This document shows, piece by piece, positions 55,100 to 63,929 of a stretch of DNA of 64,000 bases. The stretch covers positions 42,883-106,882 of the forward strand of contig JAPLWI010000008.1 of the NCBI GenBank assembly GCA_026396675.1, written 5' to 3'. This stretch comes from Candidatus Kaiserbacteria bacterium (lineage in GTDB: Bacteria; Patescibacteriota; Minisyncoccia; Phycocordibacterales; Phycocordibacteraceae). A program made the translations under genes and the position numbers. The notes beneath the pieces are model-generated. The model was not told the DNA's origin and did not search any database. It saw nothing but the letters and a program-made list of their open reading frames with translations. Position 1 is the stretch's first letter. Every line of letters begins with the position of its first letter.

Positions 55100-55867
55100 A
55101 TGAAAATCGTCTCGTGGAATGTGAATGGATTGCGCTCGCTCGCAAAAAATGGCTATTGGGAAGCATTTTTGAAAGGCACGAAGCCGGACATATTCTGCCT
55201 TCAAGAGACGAAAGCGAGTCCTGAACAAGTGCCGGATGAGTTGCGCGAAGTTGCCGGATTTTCTTCTTTCTTCTCATCTTCGCAAACAAAAAAGGGTTAT
55301 AGCGGCGTCGCGCTTTATTCAAAAATCGAACCATTGTCCGTTATTTACGGTATGGGAATAAAAGAATTTGATCATGAAGGTCGGATTATCGGCGCAGAAT
55401 ACGAAGATTTTTGGCTCTTGAACGTCTACTTCCCTAATGGCGGAATGGGTCCTCATCGTCTCGACTACAAAATGCGTTTTTACGATGCCTTTCTTTCATT
55501 TGCAGAAAAATTACGGAAGAAAAAGCCAGTTATTTTTTGCGGCGATATCAATACCGCTCATGAAGAAATCGACCTTGCGAGACCAAAAGAAAATGAGGGG
55601 AATACTGGCTTTTTGCCTCAAGAACGTGCCTGGATCGATGAGGTTGTGAACGCCGGATATGTTGATTCATTTCGACATTCCAACCCACATCGGACAGGGG
55701 CATACACATGGTGGGATATGAAGTTTCGCGCTCGCGATAGAAATGCCGGATGGCGTTTTGATTACTTTTTTGTTGCAAATGAATTTTTAAAACGAATTAA
55801 AAAAGCGGAAATTCATAGCGAGATTTACGGCTCAGACCACTGCCCTATTTCCATCACTGTGTCATAA
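55100..55867 (+). CDS. xth: exodeoxyribonuclease III (AP endonuclease, EEP family)
   Basis: MKIVSWNVNGLRS…IFCLQETK…FCGDINTAHEEIDL…WWDMKFRARDRNAGWRFDYFFV…SDHCPISI matches ExoIII. Confidence 0.9.
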   Translation: MKIVSWNVNGLRSLAKNGYWEAFLKGTKPDIFCLQETKASPEQVPDELREVAGFSSFFSSSQTKKGYSGVALYSKIEPLSVIYGMGIKEFDHEGRIIGAEYEDFWLLNVYFPNGGMGPHRLDYKMRFYDAFLSFAEKLRKKKPVIFCGDINTAHEEIDLARPKENEGNTGFLPQERAWIDEVVNAGYVDSFRHSNPHRTGAYTWWDMKFRARDRNAGWRFDYFFVANEFLKRIKKAEIHSEIYGSDHCPISITVS

Positions 55868-56100
55868 AGGACATTTGTAAAAGTTATCCACAGGGTGTCC
55901 TTTACATTGTCCTTTATCGTCGCTATTCTTCACAAAGGAAGGAGAAGGTGGTTCATTACTTCGGTAAGGTGTCGCCTTCGCAGTTGATCTTTTATAGCTC
56001 TTTCGCTGTCCGTGTTTTCTTTCTGGCTCCTGCCTACGCTCGCGACGATTCGCACATACAAGCCCTTCGGCACGGTGTTCCACATGGAACGCATGGCTAG

Positions 56101-56134
56101 CACAAAACAAAGCCGCCCGACCCTTTTCTCGGGC
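56101..56134 (-). terminator. rho-independent terminator GCCCGA-CCCTTTTC-TCGGGC followed by GGCTTTGTTTTGTG on the minus strand
   Basis: It lies about 100 nt downstream of the cca stop on the minus strand. Confidence 0.55.
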
Positions 56135-56234
56135 TGGAAGCACCATTCACTTACGCCCCTGCTCCTTTTTTGCTTCTGGCCACCTTCTTGGTTAGGCGGT
56201 TTTTTGTTTCGCGTGAGACAGATTTCACACTTAA

Positions 56235-57698
56235 CTAGCTCACTCCATGCTTTTTCATTATATGCTTTATTTCCTCATTTTCTTCAGCTTCCTTACGCTC
56301 TTCCCCTGCCTTTCCGAGCCTTTGTAACTCATTTTCAGGCATTTCAAGTAGTTCGTCAGTTCGCTTATCGAGATATTCCTCTGTATTTAAATCGGCGTTA
56401 TCAAGAACTTCTTCGAGAAGGGCATTTAATAAATAGCCGATCTTCGGCCCCGGTTTCTCGTGGAACTTTTCCATTATGCGATTTCCATCCGTTTTGAGCC
56501 TAGAAACAGAAATTGGATCATGGAGGGCTTGTTCTACCAATGCCTTATACTTACGAAACCGAAATGGTTGCTCTTTTGGTCGACCCATCCCGATACGGTC
56601 GCACATTCTAAGATTAAGCAGATCCCAGATATTCTCCTCGCCGACGTTGGTTATCATACGACGCACTGCTGATAGAGTAATTTGATCGGGATCCGAAAAA
56701 AACATGTGCCAGCGGACCAATTTTACGACCTTATCAATTGTTTCGCGTGGGAAGCGTAGATTTTCAAGGATTTTCTTTGTTTCGCGTGAACCAACAACTT
56801 CATGGCCATGGAAGCTCCAATCATCTTTTTCATCTGAATGACGGCGCGTTTCTGTCTTTGATATATCATGGAATAGGGCAGCGAGACGAATTTCCAAATT
56901 AAAATTTTTATCCGCCGCATGCTGTAAGGAACGAACAAGATGTTCAAAAACATCGTAACTATGTGCTTGATTCTGTCCTATACCAAAAGAATCGGCTAGT
57001 TTCGGAATTATGAATTCAAGGATACCAAGCCGTTGCGCCAGAATAAGAGCATTCATCGGCTGACTTGATTCTAATATTCTTACAAATTCGTCTCGAATCC
57101 TTTCACATGAAACATGGCCTAAATGCTTGCTATTTTCGCTTATCGCCATTGCTGTATCACCATCTATTCCAAAATTTAACTCGGCAACAAAGCGAACGGC
57201 GCGTAAGAGACGCAAAGCATCCTCTTCAAAACGTTCACTCGGATTCCCGACTGCGCGAACTATTTTGTCCTTTATGTCCTTTTGACCTTCATAGGGATCT
57301 ATAATTTGTCCTTTTGATTCATCGAGGGCGATGGCGTTGATCGTGAAGTCCCTCCGAGCGAGATCTTCAAGAAGGGAAGTGCCGAATTCAACTTTATCCG
57401 GCCTACGTTTATCGGAATATTTGGATTCAATACGGTAAGGAGTGACTTCAACAATAGCCAGTCGTTCGTCTTCAGAATTCGTCTTTACTCCAACCGTCCC
57501 GTAGTCATTTTCATAAAAGGAGTCGGGGAATACTGCCTGGATTTGTTCTGGCGTTGCGTTGGTAGTAATATCCCAGTCCTTTGGTTCCTTTCCGACAAGG
57601 AGATCGCGAACGCACCCGCCAACAAGATATGCCTCGAATCCGGCATTTCGCAGTTTCGCGGAGACGGTCGAAATTTCTTTTGGGATGCGATACGACAT
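56235..57698 (-). CDS. cca: CCA-adding enzyme / tRNA nucleotidyltransferase with HD domain
   Basis: GGCVRDLLVGKEPKDWDITT… is the polymerase-beta nucleotidyltransferase head. The C-terminal HD domain reads …RLAALFHDISK…. Confidence 0.85.
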   Translation of the reverse strand: MSYRIPKEISTVSAKLRNAGFEAYLVGGCVRDLLVGKEPKDWDITTNATPEQIQAVFPDSFYENDYGTVGVKTNSEDERLAIVEVTPYRIESKYSDKRRPDKVEFGTSLLEDLARRDFTINAIALDESKGQIIDPYEGQKDIKDKIVRAVGNPSERFEEDALRLLRAVRFVAELNFGIDGDTAMAISENSKHLGHVSCERIRDEFVRILESSQPMNALILAQRLGILEFIIPKLADSFGIGQNQAHSYDVFEHLVRSLQHAADKNFNLEIRLAALFHDISKTETRRHSDEKDDWSFHGHEVVGSRETKKILENLRFPRETIDKVVKLVRWHMFFSDPDQITLSAVRRMITNVGEENIWDLLNLRMCDRIGMGRPKEQPFRFRKYKALVEQALHDPISVSRLKTDGNRIMEKFHEKPGPKIGYLLNALLEEVLDNADLNTEEYLDKRTDELLEMPENELQRLGKAGEERKEAEENEEIKHIMKKHGVS

Positions 57699-57758
57699 AA
57701 ATGCATCGTAGCATAACGCATCTGGTTTTTTACTGCCCGTGCCGTAGTATGGAGATAC

Positions 57759-57830
57759 GCCCCGATGGTGAAATGGATATCACGACTGACTTCGGATCAG
57801 TTATTCTGGGTTCGAATCCTGGTCGGGGCA
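57759..57830 (+). tRNA. tRNA-Arg (anticodon TCG)
   Basis: The acceptor stem is GCCCCGA/TCGGGGC and the D-stem GTGA/TCAC. The anticodon arm ACTGA-CTTCGGA-TCAGT gives anticodon UCG. The T-arm is CTGGG-TTCGAAT-CCTGG, with discriminator A and no encoded CCA. Confidence 0.8.
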
Positions 57831-57876
57831 CAAACTGGTAAACAGATGGAAGTGCGTGGTACTATGTCGCCTAGAA

Positions 57877-57950
57877 GCGGGCATGGTTCAGTGGTAGAAC
57901 GCGTCCTTGCCAAGGACGAGACGGGAGTCCGATTCTCCCTGCCCGCACCA
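57877..57950 (+). tRNA. tRNA-Gly (anticodon GCC), CCA encoded
   Basis: Read as GCGGGCA-TG-GTTC-AGTGGTA-GAAC-G-CGTCC-TTGCCAA-GGACG-AGAC-GGGAG-TCCGATT-CTCCC-TGCCCGC-A-CCA. The T-loop has C at position 55. Confidence 0.75.
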
Positions 57951-58117
57951 CTTCGTCACTAGGAAACTCGGGACTACGCGGTGCACAGCACTAGAAAATG
58001 TGATTTCAAAACGACTTTTGCTCTGTGTATAACATGGGGGATACTGGGGATAAAGGACAGGGGACTTTTGGAGAAGTCCGTGAAATAATAAGCAAGTAAG
58101 CCGTATCTATAAAAGGC

Positions 58118-58513
58118 ATGAATATTTCTTCTTTCACACGAAAAGAGGTTGGGAATCTGGGCGAGAGTGTTGCCTGCGAGTATCTTAGACGACATGGTTT
58201 TAAGATCTTGGATCGCAATATCGCACGAAAAACAGGGGAGCTAGATGTCGTCGCGAAGAAAGAAGATACGCTTCATTTCGTTGAAGTGAAGACGATTCTT
58301 GCTGACGAATTTCCTCAAACAGAGAAGGTGAAAGATGATTACGATCCTTCATTAAACTTACACGAAGCGAAAGTGCGGAAAGTTGCAAGAACTGGCGAGT
58401 GGTATGTCCTTGAGAAAAAATGGGAGGGGGAGTGGCAGGTGGATGGCTGTCTCGTGTGGCTTCGCCGGAGAGACGGAATGGCGAGGGTTTCGTATTTGCC
58501 GCAAATCGTTTAA
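58118..58513 (+). CDS. yraN: YraN / UPF0102 family endonuclease
   Basis: …LGESVACEYLRRHGFKILDRNIARKTGELDVVAKKEDTLHFVEVKT… matches the UPF0102 signature. Confidence 0.75.
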   Translation: MNISSFTRKEVGNLGESVACEYLRRHGFKILDRNIARKTGELDVVAKKEDTLHFVEVKTILADEFPQTEKVKDDYDPSLNLHEAKVRKVARTGEWYVLEKKWEGEWQVDGCLVWLRRRDGMARVSYLPQIV

Positions 58514-58571
58514 GAATGGTAATGTGAAGCGAAGCGAAAACGGGCTGTGCCCGCCGTAGCTTTAGCGAAGG

Positions 58572-58642
58572 CGGGGCGTAGTATACCGGTAGTACGCTTG
58601 CTTTGGGAGCAAGAAGACCGAGTCCAATTCTCGGCGCCCCGA
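58572..58642 (+). tRNA. tRNA-Pro (anticodon TGG), slightly atypical T-loop
   Basis: The acceptor stem is CGGGGCG/CGCCCCG and the D-stem GTA/TAC. The anticodon arm CTTGC-TTTGGGA-GCAAG gives anticodon UGG. The T-arm is CCGAG-TCCAATT-CTCGG (C at position 55), with discriminator A. Confidence 0.6.
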
Positions 58643-58645
58643 CAA

Positions 58646-59758
58646 CTAAGGTAAATTCGCAGTTATGATCGATTCGAGTTCGGAAATTCGTGGAGCGAAG
58701 TCGGCGACAGCGGTTGCAGGTGATTCGGCGAGAAGAAGATCGAGTGCTTGGCCGGTCTCGCTCGCGTATTCGCCTCGGATATAAGAGGCAGTAATAGCAT
58801 CAAGAGAACGCGTGTCGGTCGTTCCGGTGATTGTGCTCGTTGTGATGGTTCCTACAAGATTCCTAAAAACGTCAGCGACGCCGCCGCCCGAGGAACCCTC
58901 TTGCGCTGCGGCGGAGCCACCGAGCGCAAGAACGTCAATTGTGTTCGTTCCGAAAGTGAGAACATCTTTCACCGAACCGAACACGATCGTAGGGAAGAGT
59001 CCATTCGTTATCTGGCTTGCTTCAAGAAATTGTGAGCCATACGAAGCGATAACAACAGGTGTGTCTTTGGGTGGCGTCGTTGAAAGCGTCATATACGGAA
59101 ATATGGAAGGAAGTTTGCTGTCGGTAGCGGATTTCGTAATAGCGAGAAAAGCGAAATCATATTCTCCGGTTCCGCTCGGCGTCGTTTTTGTTAAAACGGT
59201 CGGATTCGCCTTGAGCCACGCTGGCGAGATGTATGCAAGTGCAGCATTGTAACTATCGGTGGCTGGACTGCCAGAACGGATAGTGCAAGAAACGTCGCGA
59301 TCCGCGAGAAGAAAATATTGCGCGACATGCGCGTTGGTAAGGATGATTCCTTTTGGATCAATTATAACGCCGCTGCCTGAAATGGAGTGAATACCGCTTC
59401 TTGCAGGGGCGTAGCAGATGATGTTTACAAGTGCAGACCGTAATATCAACGCGGAAGTATCTAACGCCGCATTCAGAGCGGCAATCGATTCAGCAGTTGG
59501 CGGTGTTACGGCAACCGCCGCGGGAGTGGATGACGCCGGTATCTTTTTTGAAACGGAAGAATGTGTTTGCACTGAAGTGGTTGCTCCGACGCTTTTGGTC
59601 GAAGCCACGACCACTTCTGGCGTCGTTGGTGAAGCGATGGGAATAATGATAGGAATGCGCGAGACAGTTGTACTGCCTGAAAAGACAGAAATAAAAATGC
59701 CGAGCGCGAGAGCGGCTACAATGCCGAGATATGGCGAAAAGCGGGACACTATATACAC
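58646..59758 (-). CDS. membrane-anchored trypsin-like (S1 family) serine protease, 370 aa
   Basis: An N-terminal TM and a Thr/Ser/Pro/Ala linker precede …SGSGVIIDPKGIILTNAHV (His), the Asp region and …EGSSGGGVAD (Ser, GDSGG-like). Confidence 0.6.
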   Translation of the reverse strand: MYIVSRFSPYLGIVAALALGIFISVFSGSTTVSRIPIIIPIASPTTPEVVVASTKSVGATTSVQTHSSVSKKIPASSTPAAVAVTPPTAESIAALNAALDTSALILRSALVNIICYAPARSGIHSISGSGVIIDPKGIILTNAHVAQYFLLADRDVSCTIRSGSPATDSYNAALAYISPAWLKANPTVLTKTTPSGTGEYDFAFLAITKSATDSKLPSIFPYMTLSTTPPKDTPVVIASYGSQFLEASQITNGLFPTIVFGSVKDVLTFGTNTIDVLALGGSAAAQEGSSGGGVADVFRNLVGTITTSTITGTTDTRSLDAITASYIRGEYASETGQALDLLLAESPATAVADFAPRISELESIITANLP

Positions 59759-59840
59759 GTTAACTTAAAAAGTGCCCGAAATACAGCAACAGTGGATATC
59801 GAACTGGCGTATATATACTGTACAGATATATAATCTAAAG

Positions 59841-60524
59841 ATGCATACTCTGTCTATCCGAGAGAGAGCTCTGGCGTTAAGAAAGAGCGGTTTTTCTTAT
59901 ACATACATTTCATCTAAAACGGGGCTCTCAAAAAGTACTTTGAGTGGATGGCTCACGGAAATACCCTATACTCCCAACAAAGAAACAATAGCCGCATTCG
60001 GCAAAGCAAGAGCCGCAGCCAGTGCTCGTCGAGCTGAGTTGCGGCAAAAATCAATCCAAGAAATCAGAAAAACGGCGACCAAAGACATCGGGGAAGTAAG
60101 CAAAAGAGATCTTTTTGTGTTTGGGCTAGGTCTCTATTTGGGAGAAGGGTGCAAGTCAAATGGACAGGTTCGTGTAGTAAATTCAGATCCGAGTATCATC
60201 CAAGCTGCTATTACATGGTTCAAGATGCTCGGTGTAAGAAAAGACCAAATTAAGATTCGCTTGCATTTATATCCGGATAACAACATCCGGCAATGTTTGC
60301 AATTTTGGTCTCGTACTACTAGCATTCCATTATCCCAATTCCAAAAGCCCCAGATCGACAATCGTGTCGGTAAAAAAGCGAAAAAAATGCGTAAACTTCC
60401 TTTTGGTACCGTACAACTGGTTGTTCTGAGCAGGGGACGAAAGGAATATGGGGTTCTCTTCTTCCGGAAAATTCAACTCTGGAATGAAGTGGTTCTGTCG
60501 GAAATTAGAGCGGGCGTGGTCTAA
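59841..60524 (+). CDS. HTH + LAGLIDADG-like homing-endonuclease-family protein (start taken at MHTLSIRE; the ORF track starts at 59772)
   Basis: The N-terminal HTH is SGFSYTYISSKTGLSKSTLSGWL. A single LAGLIDADG-type motif LFVFGLGLYLGEG is present. The 3' end overlaps the tRNA-Gly(TCC) gene by 15 nt. Confidence 0.45.
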   Translation: MHTLSIRERALALRKSGFSYTYISSKTGLSKSTLSGWLTEIPYTPNKETIAAFGKARAAASARRAELRQKSIQEIRKTATKDIGEVSKRDLFVFGLGLYLGEGCKSNGQVRVVNSDPSIIQAAITWFKMLGVRKDQIKIRLHLYPDNNIRQCLQFWSRTTSIPLSQFQKPQIDNRVGKKAKKMRKLPFGTVQLVVLSRGRKEYGVLFFRKIQLWNEVVLSEIRAGVV

Positions 60525-60581
60525 CGGCTATGACGGCTGCCTTCCAAGCAGTCAGCGCGGGTTCGACTCCCGCCGCCCGCA
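60510..60581 (+). tRNA. tRNA-Gly (anticodon TCC)
   Basis: The acceptor stem is GCGGGCG/CGCCCGC and the D-stem GTC/GAC. The anticodon arm GCTGC-CTTCCAA-GCAGT gives anticodon UCC. The T-arm is GCGGG-TTCGACT-CCCGC, with discriminator A. Confidence 0.75.
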
Positions 60582-60652
60582 CAAATTGATTTTTTATAAA
60601 GAAAGAGTATTCTTCCGCCAGAAGTTCAAATTGAAAGAAAGGAGGCAACAAA

Positions 60653-60904
60653 ATGGACGATGATAGAATCATAGAAATGAAGGTGGTTAAAGTTAAAGAC
60701 GGCGATTTTGCTGGTTCAGAAATGCTTATTAAGCCTATTGCCGTAGGAAAGGTGGTTCGTGACTTATCTAACGTATTCTATAGCAATAGTATCCCTCCGC
60801 CGCCGAAGGAGGAATTAGTTAAATTGGTAGAAATGGCAGTCGATCAACAGAATCGGTGTTCCGATGATGTAGCAACATTCTGCGGTATGAAAAAAGATGG
60901 ATAG
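60653..60904 (+). CDS. small hypothetical protein (83 aa)
   Basis: A strong SD GGAGG is upstream. MDDDRIIEMKVVKVKDGDFAGSEMLIKPIAVGKVVRDLSNVFYSNSIPPPPKEELVKLVEMAVDQQNRCSDDVATFCGMKKDG. Confidence 0.4.
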   Translation: MDDDRIIEMKVVKVKDGDFAGSEMLIKPIAVGKVVRDLSNVFYSNSIPPPPKEELVKLVEMAVDQQNRCSDDVATFCGMKKDG

Positions 60905-60977
60905 ATTCTGACTGATTGTCGGATGAGGCGCGGGATCCAATCCTGCGCCTTTTTTGATTCGGGAGTACCATATCCTT

Positions 60978-62123
60978 ATGGAGCCACTTGCCGCACAAAT
61001 ACGACCCGTAAAGATAGAAGATGTCGTTGGTCAGGAACACCTTGTGGGAGAAGGAAAGCCCTTGCGCGTTGCGGTAGAGAAGAAACACAAATTTTCTTTT
61101 ATTCTCTGGGGACCGCCCGGGACAGGAAAGACGACCATCGCGCGCATTTACGCGCGCGCGCTTGATGCGGAACTTTTTGAACTCTCAGCGGTCTCTGCCG
61201 GGAAGGACGACATTCGTAAAATCATAGAGAAAAAAGTTGAGAGACAAAAAGTTTTATTTTTGGATGAGATTCATCGATTTAATAAAGCGCAACAGGATTT
61301 TCTTTTGCCCTATGTTGAAAGCGGAGAATTAACGCTTGTCGGCGCGACGACCGAAAATCCATCGTTTGAAATTATTGCGCCGCTTCTCTCGCGTTGCCGC
61401 GTCTTCGTGCTTGAACCACTCTCTGAAGAAGCTCTGCGAATAATAGTGAAGAGTACGAAATTAAAAATAAACAAAGACGCCTTCGACTGGCTCTTGGGCT
61501 ACGCGAGCGGAGACGCGCGCAAGGCGCTTGGAATGATAGAGGGCGCGCAGAGTTTATATGGGAAAATAACAGCCGATACGTTAAACAGGGCGCTAGAATC
61601 GCCGCACCTGCGCTACGACAAAAAAGGCGAAGAACATTACGACACCATTAGTGCATTTATTAAAAGCATGCGCGCTTCGCAACCAGATGCCGCGCTGTAT
61701 TATCTCGCACGAATGGTTGAGGCAGGAGAGGACCCGCTTTTTATTGCACGGCGAATGGTTATATTTGCTTCAGAAGATGTAGGCCTCGCGCAACCGACAG
61801 CGTTAGTTGTCGCAAATGCAGTTTTCCGTGCATGCGAAACCATTGGCTATCCAGAATGTTCCATCAATCTCGCACATGGCGTCGCCTATCTCGCGCAAGC
61901 GAAGAAAAATCGCTCTGCTTATGATGCGTTACGAGCCGCGCAAAAAGATGTTCGCGATTATGGCAATCTACCTATACCGAAAAAGATTCGAAATCCGGAG
62001 ACAAAATTGATGAAAGAACTTGATTATGGGAAAGGGTACGAAAAGTACGATACTGAAAGTTATTTACCAGATAAATTGAAGAAAAAGAAATATCTGATAC
62101 CATCTACAAATGAGAAAGTGTGA
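60978..62123 (+). CDS. rarA: replication-associated recombination protein A (AAA+ ATPase, MgsA/RarA/WRNIP family)
   Basis: …[46 protein letters not shown]…VLFLDEIHRFNKAQQD… matches RarA. Confidence 0.9.
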   Translation: MEPLAAQIRPVKIEDVVGQEHLVGEGKPLRVAVEKKHKFSFILWGPPGTGKTTIARIYARALDAELFELSAVSAGKDDIRKIIEKKVERQKVLFLDEIHRFNKAQQDFLLPYVESGELTLVGATTENPSFEIIAPLLSRCRVFVLEPLSEEALRIIVKSTKLKINKDAFDWLLGYASGDARKALGMIEGAQSLYGKITADTLNRALESPHLRYDKKGEEHYDTISAFIKSMRASQPDAALYYLARMVEAGEDPLFIARRMVIFASEDVGLAQPTALVVANAVFRACETIGYPECSINLAHGVAYLAQAKKNRSAYDALRAAQKDVRDYGNLPIPKKIRNPETKLMKELDYGKGYEKYDTESYLPDKLKKKKYLIPSTNEKV

Positions 62124-63612
62124 TGACTTTTTTGAGCATTTGAAGAAACAGGACCTTGCTGTGACCTACGATGAGGTGCGGCTGAAAACAGGGCTTTCAA
62201 AGGTAATGCCAAGTGACGTGTCGCTCGGTAGCTTTTTTTCGCGAAATGTCCCGCTTAAAATCCCAATTGTGAGCGCCGCGATGGACACAGTGACCGAGAG
62301 CAAAATGGCGATTGCTCTGGCAAAACTCGGCGGCATTGGTGTCATTCATAGGAATCTCACGCCAAAACAACAGAGTGAAGAAGCTCAACGAGTGAAATTT
62401 CATTTGTCGGGTATTATCGCAAAACCAATAACTGTTCTTGAGCGTATGACAATGGGTGAAGTGGAAACAATGCGTAAGGAACGCAATTTTTCTTTTTACA
62501 GTTTCCCTGTCATTAATTCGAATGGGAAGTTGGTCGGATTATTGACTGAAAACGATTTTGATTTTTGCGGGGACTTCTCTCAACCAGTGTCGAAAATTAT
62601 GACGCGTGCGCTTACTGTCGCTTCTCCAAGCATTTCTATGAATGGCGCATATGACAGGATGAAGAAGGAAAAGAAGAAAGTGCTCCCGCTTATAAATAGT
62701 GATGGAACACTTGCAGGACTTTACCTCTTTACCGACTTGAAGCGAATACTTTTGGGACAGTCAAAAATGTATAATGTGGACAAAAATGGACGGCTACGAG
62801 TCGCTGCGGCGATCGGCACCGGCGAAGAAGAAATGGAACGACTGCAGGAAATCGCAGATTATGTAGATGCTGTGGTTATTGATACAGCACACGGTGATTC
62901 TGATCCTGTTTTCCGAATGTTGAAAGCCATCAAGAAAAAATATGACTTAGACGTCGTAGCTGGGAATATCTCTGAGGGCGATTCGGCCAGGCGGCTCGTG
63001 AAGGCCGGTGTGGACGGAATCAAGGTAGGCCAAGGCCCTGGATCAATTTGTACGACGCGTATTGTCGCTGGTATTGGCTGCCCGCAAGTAACGGCAATCT
63101 ATTCAGTATCAAAAGCAATTGAGGGTACTAACATTCCTGTTTGTGCTGACGGTGGTATCGAAAACTCAGGCAGTATCCCGATCGCAATCGGTGCCGGAGC
63201 TCATTCTGTTATGTTGGGGAAATTATTAGCTGGTACGACAGAAGCACCGGGAGAAGTTGATTTCCAATTTGGTAGTCCGATGAAATATTATCGCGGGATG
63301 GGGTCATTGTCTGCGCTAGAATCAAGCCGCGCTTCACGCGAACGTTATCGGCAAAGTGATGGAGGAGGGAACACGCTTGTACCAGAAGGAGTTGAAGCGG
63401 CCGTTCCGTATACCGGAGATCTTTCAACAATAATGCATCAATATATCGGAGGGCTTCAGAAGGGAATGGGATATGTGGGAGCGGCGACTATCCCAGAGCT
63501 CCGGAAGAAAGCTGATTTCTGGCGTATTACAAGCACTGGTATGAAAGAATCGCACCCTCATGGCGTACGTATTATGCGTGACGCGCCAAATTATAAAAGG
63601 GATAGTGATTAA
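62110..63612 (+). CDS. guaB: inosine-5'-monophosphate dehydrogenase with CBS pair
   Basis: …GGIGVIHRNL…, the CBS tandem, …GIKVGQGPGSICTTRIVAGIGCPQVTAI… (catalytic Cys) and …GGNTLVPEGVEAAV… are present. Confidence 0.9.
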   Translation: MRKCDDFFEHLKKQDLAVTYDEVRLKTGLSKVMPSDVSLGSFFSRNVPLKIPIVSAAMDTVTESKMAIALAKLGGIGVIHRNLTPKQQSEEAQRVKFHLSGIIAKPITVLERMTMGEVETMRKERNFSFYSFPVINSNGKLVGLLTENDFDFCGDFSQPVSKIMTRALTVASPSISMNGAYDRMKKEKKKVLPLINSDGTLAGLYLFTDLKRILLGQSKMYNVDKNGRLRVAAAIGTGEEEMERLQEIADYVDAVVIDTAHGDSDPVFRMLKAIKKKYDLDVVAGNISEGDSARRLVKAGVDGIKVGQGPGSICTTRIVAGIGCPQVTAIYSVSKAIEGTNIPVCADGGIENSGSIPIAIGAGAHSVMLGKLLAGTTEAPGEVDFQFGSPMKYYRGMGSLSALESSRASRERYRQSDGGGNTLVPEGVEAAVPYTGDLSTIMHQYIGGLQKGMGYVGAATIPELRKKADFWRITSTGMKESHPHGVRIMRDAPNYKRDSD

Positions 63613-63615
63613 AAA

Positions 63616-63647
63616 ACGCGAGCCGCCAGAGGCGGCTCGCGTTTTTT
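63616..63647. terminator. bidirectional rho-independent terminator ACGCGAGCCGCC-AGA-GGCGGCTCGCGT flanked by AAAAAA / TTTTTT
   Basis: A perfect 12-bp stem between the convergent guaB (+) and hup (-) genes. Confidence 0.85.
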
Positions 63648-63656
63648 ATTTCTCTC

Positions 63657-63929
63657 TTATTTCACCGCATCCTTAAGCGCCTTTGCAGGGCGGAACTTCG
63701 CTGTGCGGGATGCCGCGATGCGAATCGTCTCGCCAGTGCGAGGATTGCGACCCTCGCGTGCTGGACGTGCCTTCGTCGCGAAGATGCCAAGACCTGCGAT
63801 TGACACTTCGTCGCCTGCCTTAAGGCCGGAAACGATAGAACTAATGACGGTCTCAACCGCGCGTTCAGCATCGGCTTTTGTAGATCCGAGAACTCCGTGC
63901 ACCTTGTCAATGATATCTGCTTTATTCAT
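63657..63929 (-). CDS. hup: DNA-binding protein HU
   Basis: MNKADIIDKVHGVLGSTKADAERAVETVISSIVSGLKAGDEVSIAGLGIFATKARPAREGRNPRTGETIRI… matches HU/IHF-family. Confidence 0.9.
   Translation of the reverse strand: MNKADIIDKVHGVLGSTKADAERAVETVISSIVSGLKAGDEVSIAGLGIFATKARPAREGRNPRTGETIRIAASRTAKFRPAKALKDAVK

Noticed and set aside
55868-56234. Possible SRP RNA / 6S / RNase P RNA / tmRNA in the xth-cca spacer
   Set aside because: The conserved motifs were not found on either strand. These are the SRP domain IV GGAA-tetraloop context, the RNase P GGAAAGUCC / AGGGUGAAA motifs, and the tmRNA tag reading frame with tRNA-like ends. I left it as an unexplained spacer.
51361-57830. Interpreting xerC through the tRNA cluster as one integrated genomic island (integrase at one end, tRNA at the other)
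   Set aside because: The interval contains housekeeping xth and cca, and the recombinase looks like the chromosomal XerC/D type. Without att repeats at both ends the island model is not supported. Only the local 52186-53434 scar is reported.
57765-57962. 65-aa ORF in the tRNA cluster
   Set aside because: It entirely overlaps tRNA-Arg and tRNA-Gly on the same strand, so it is an artefact.
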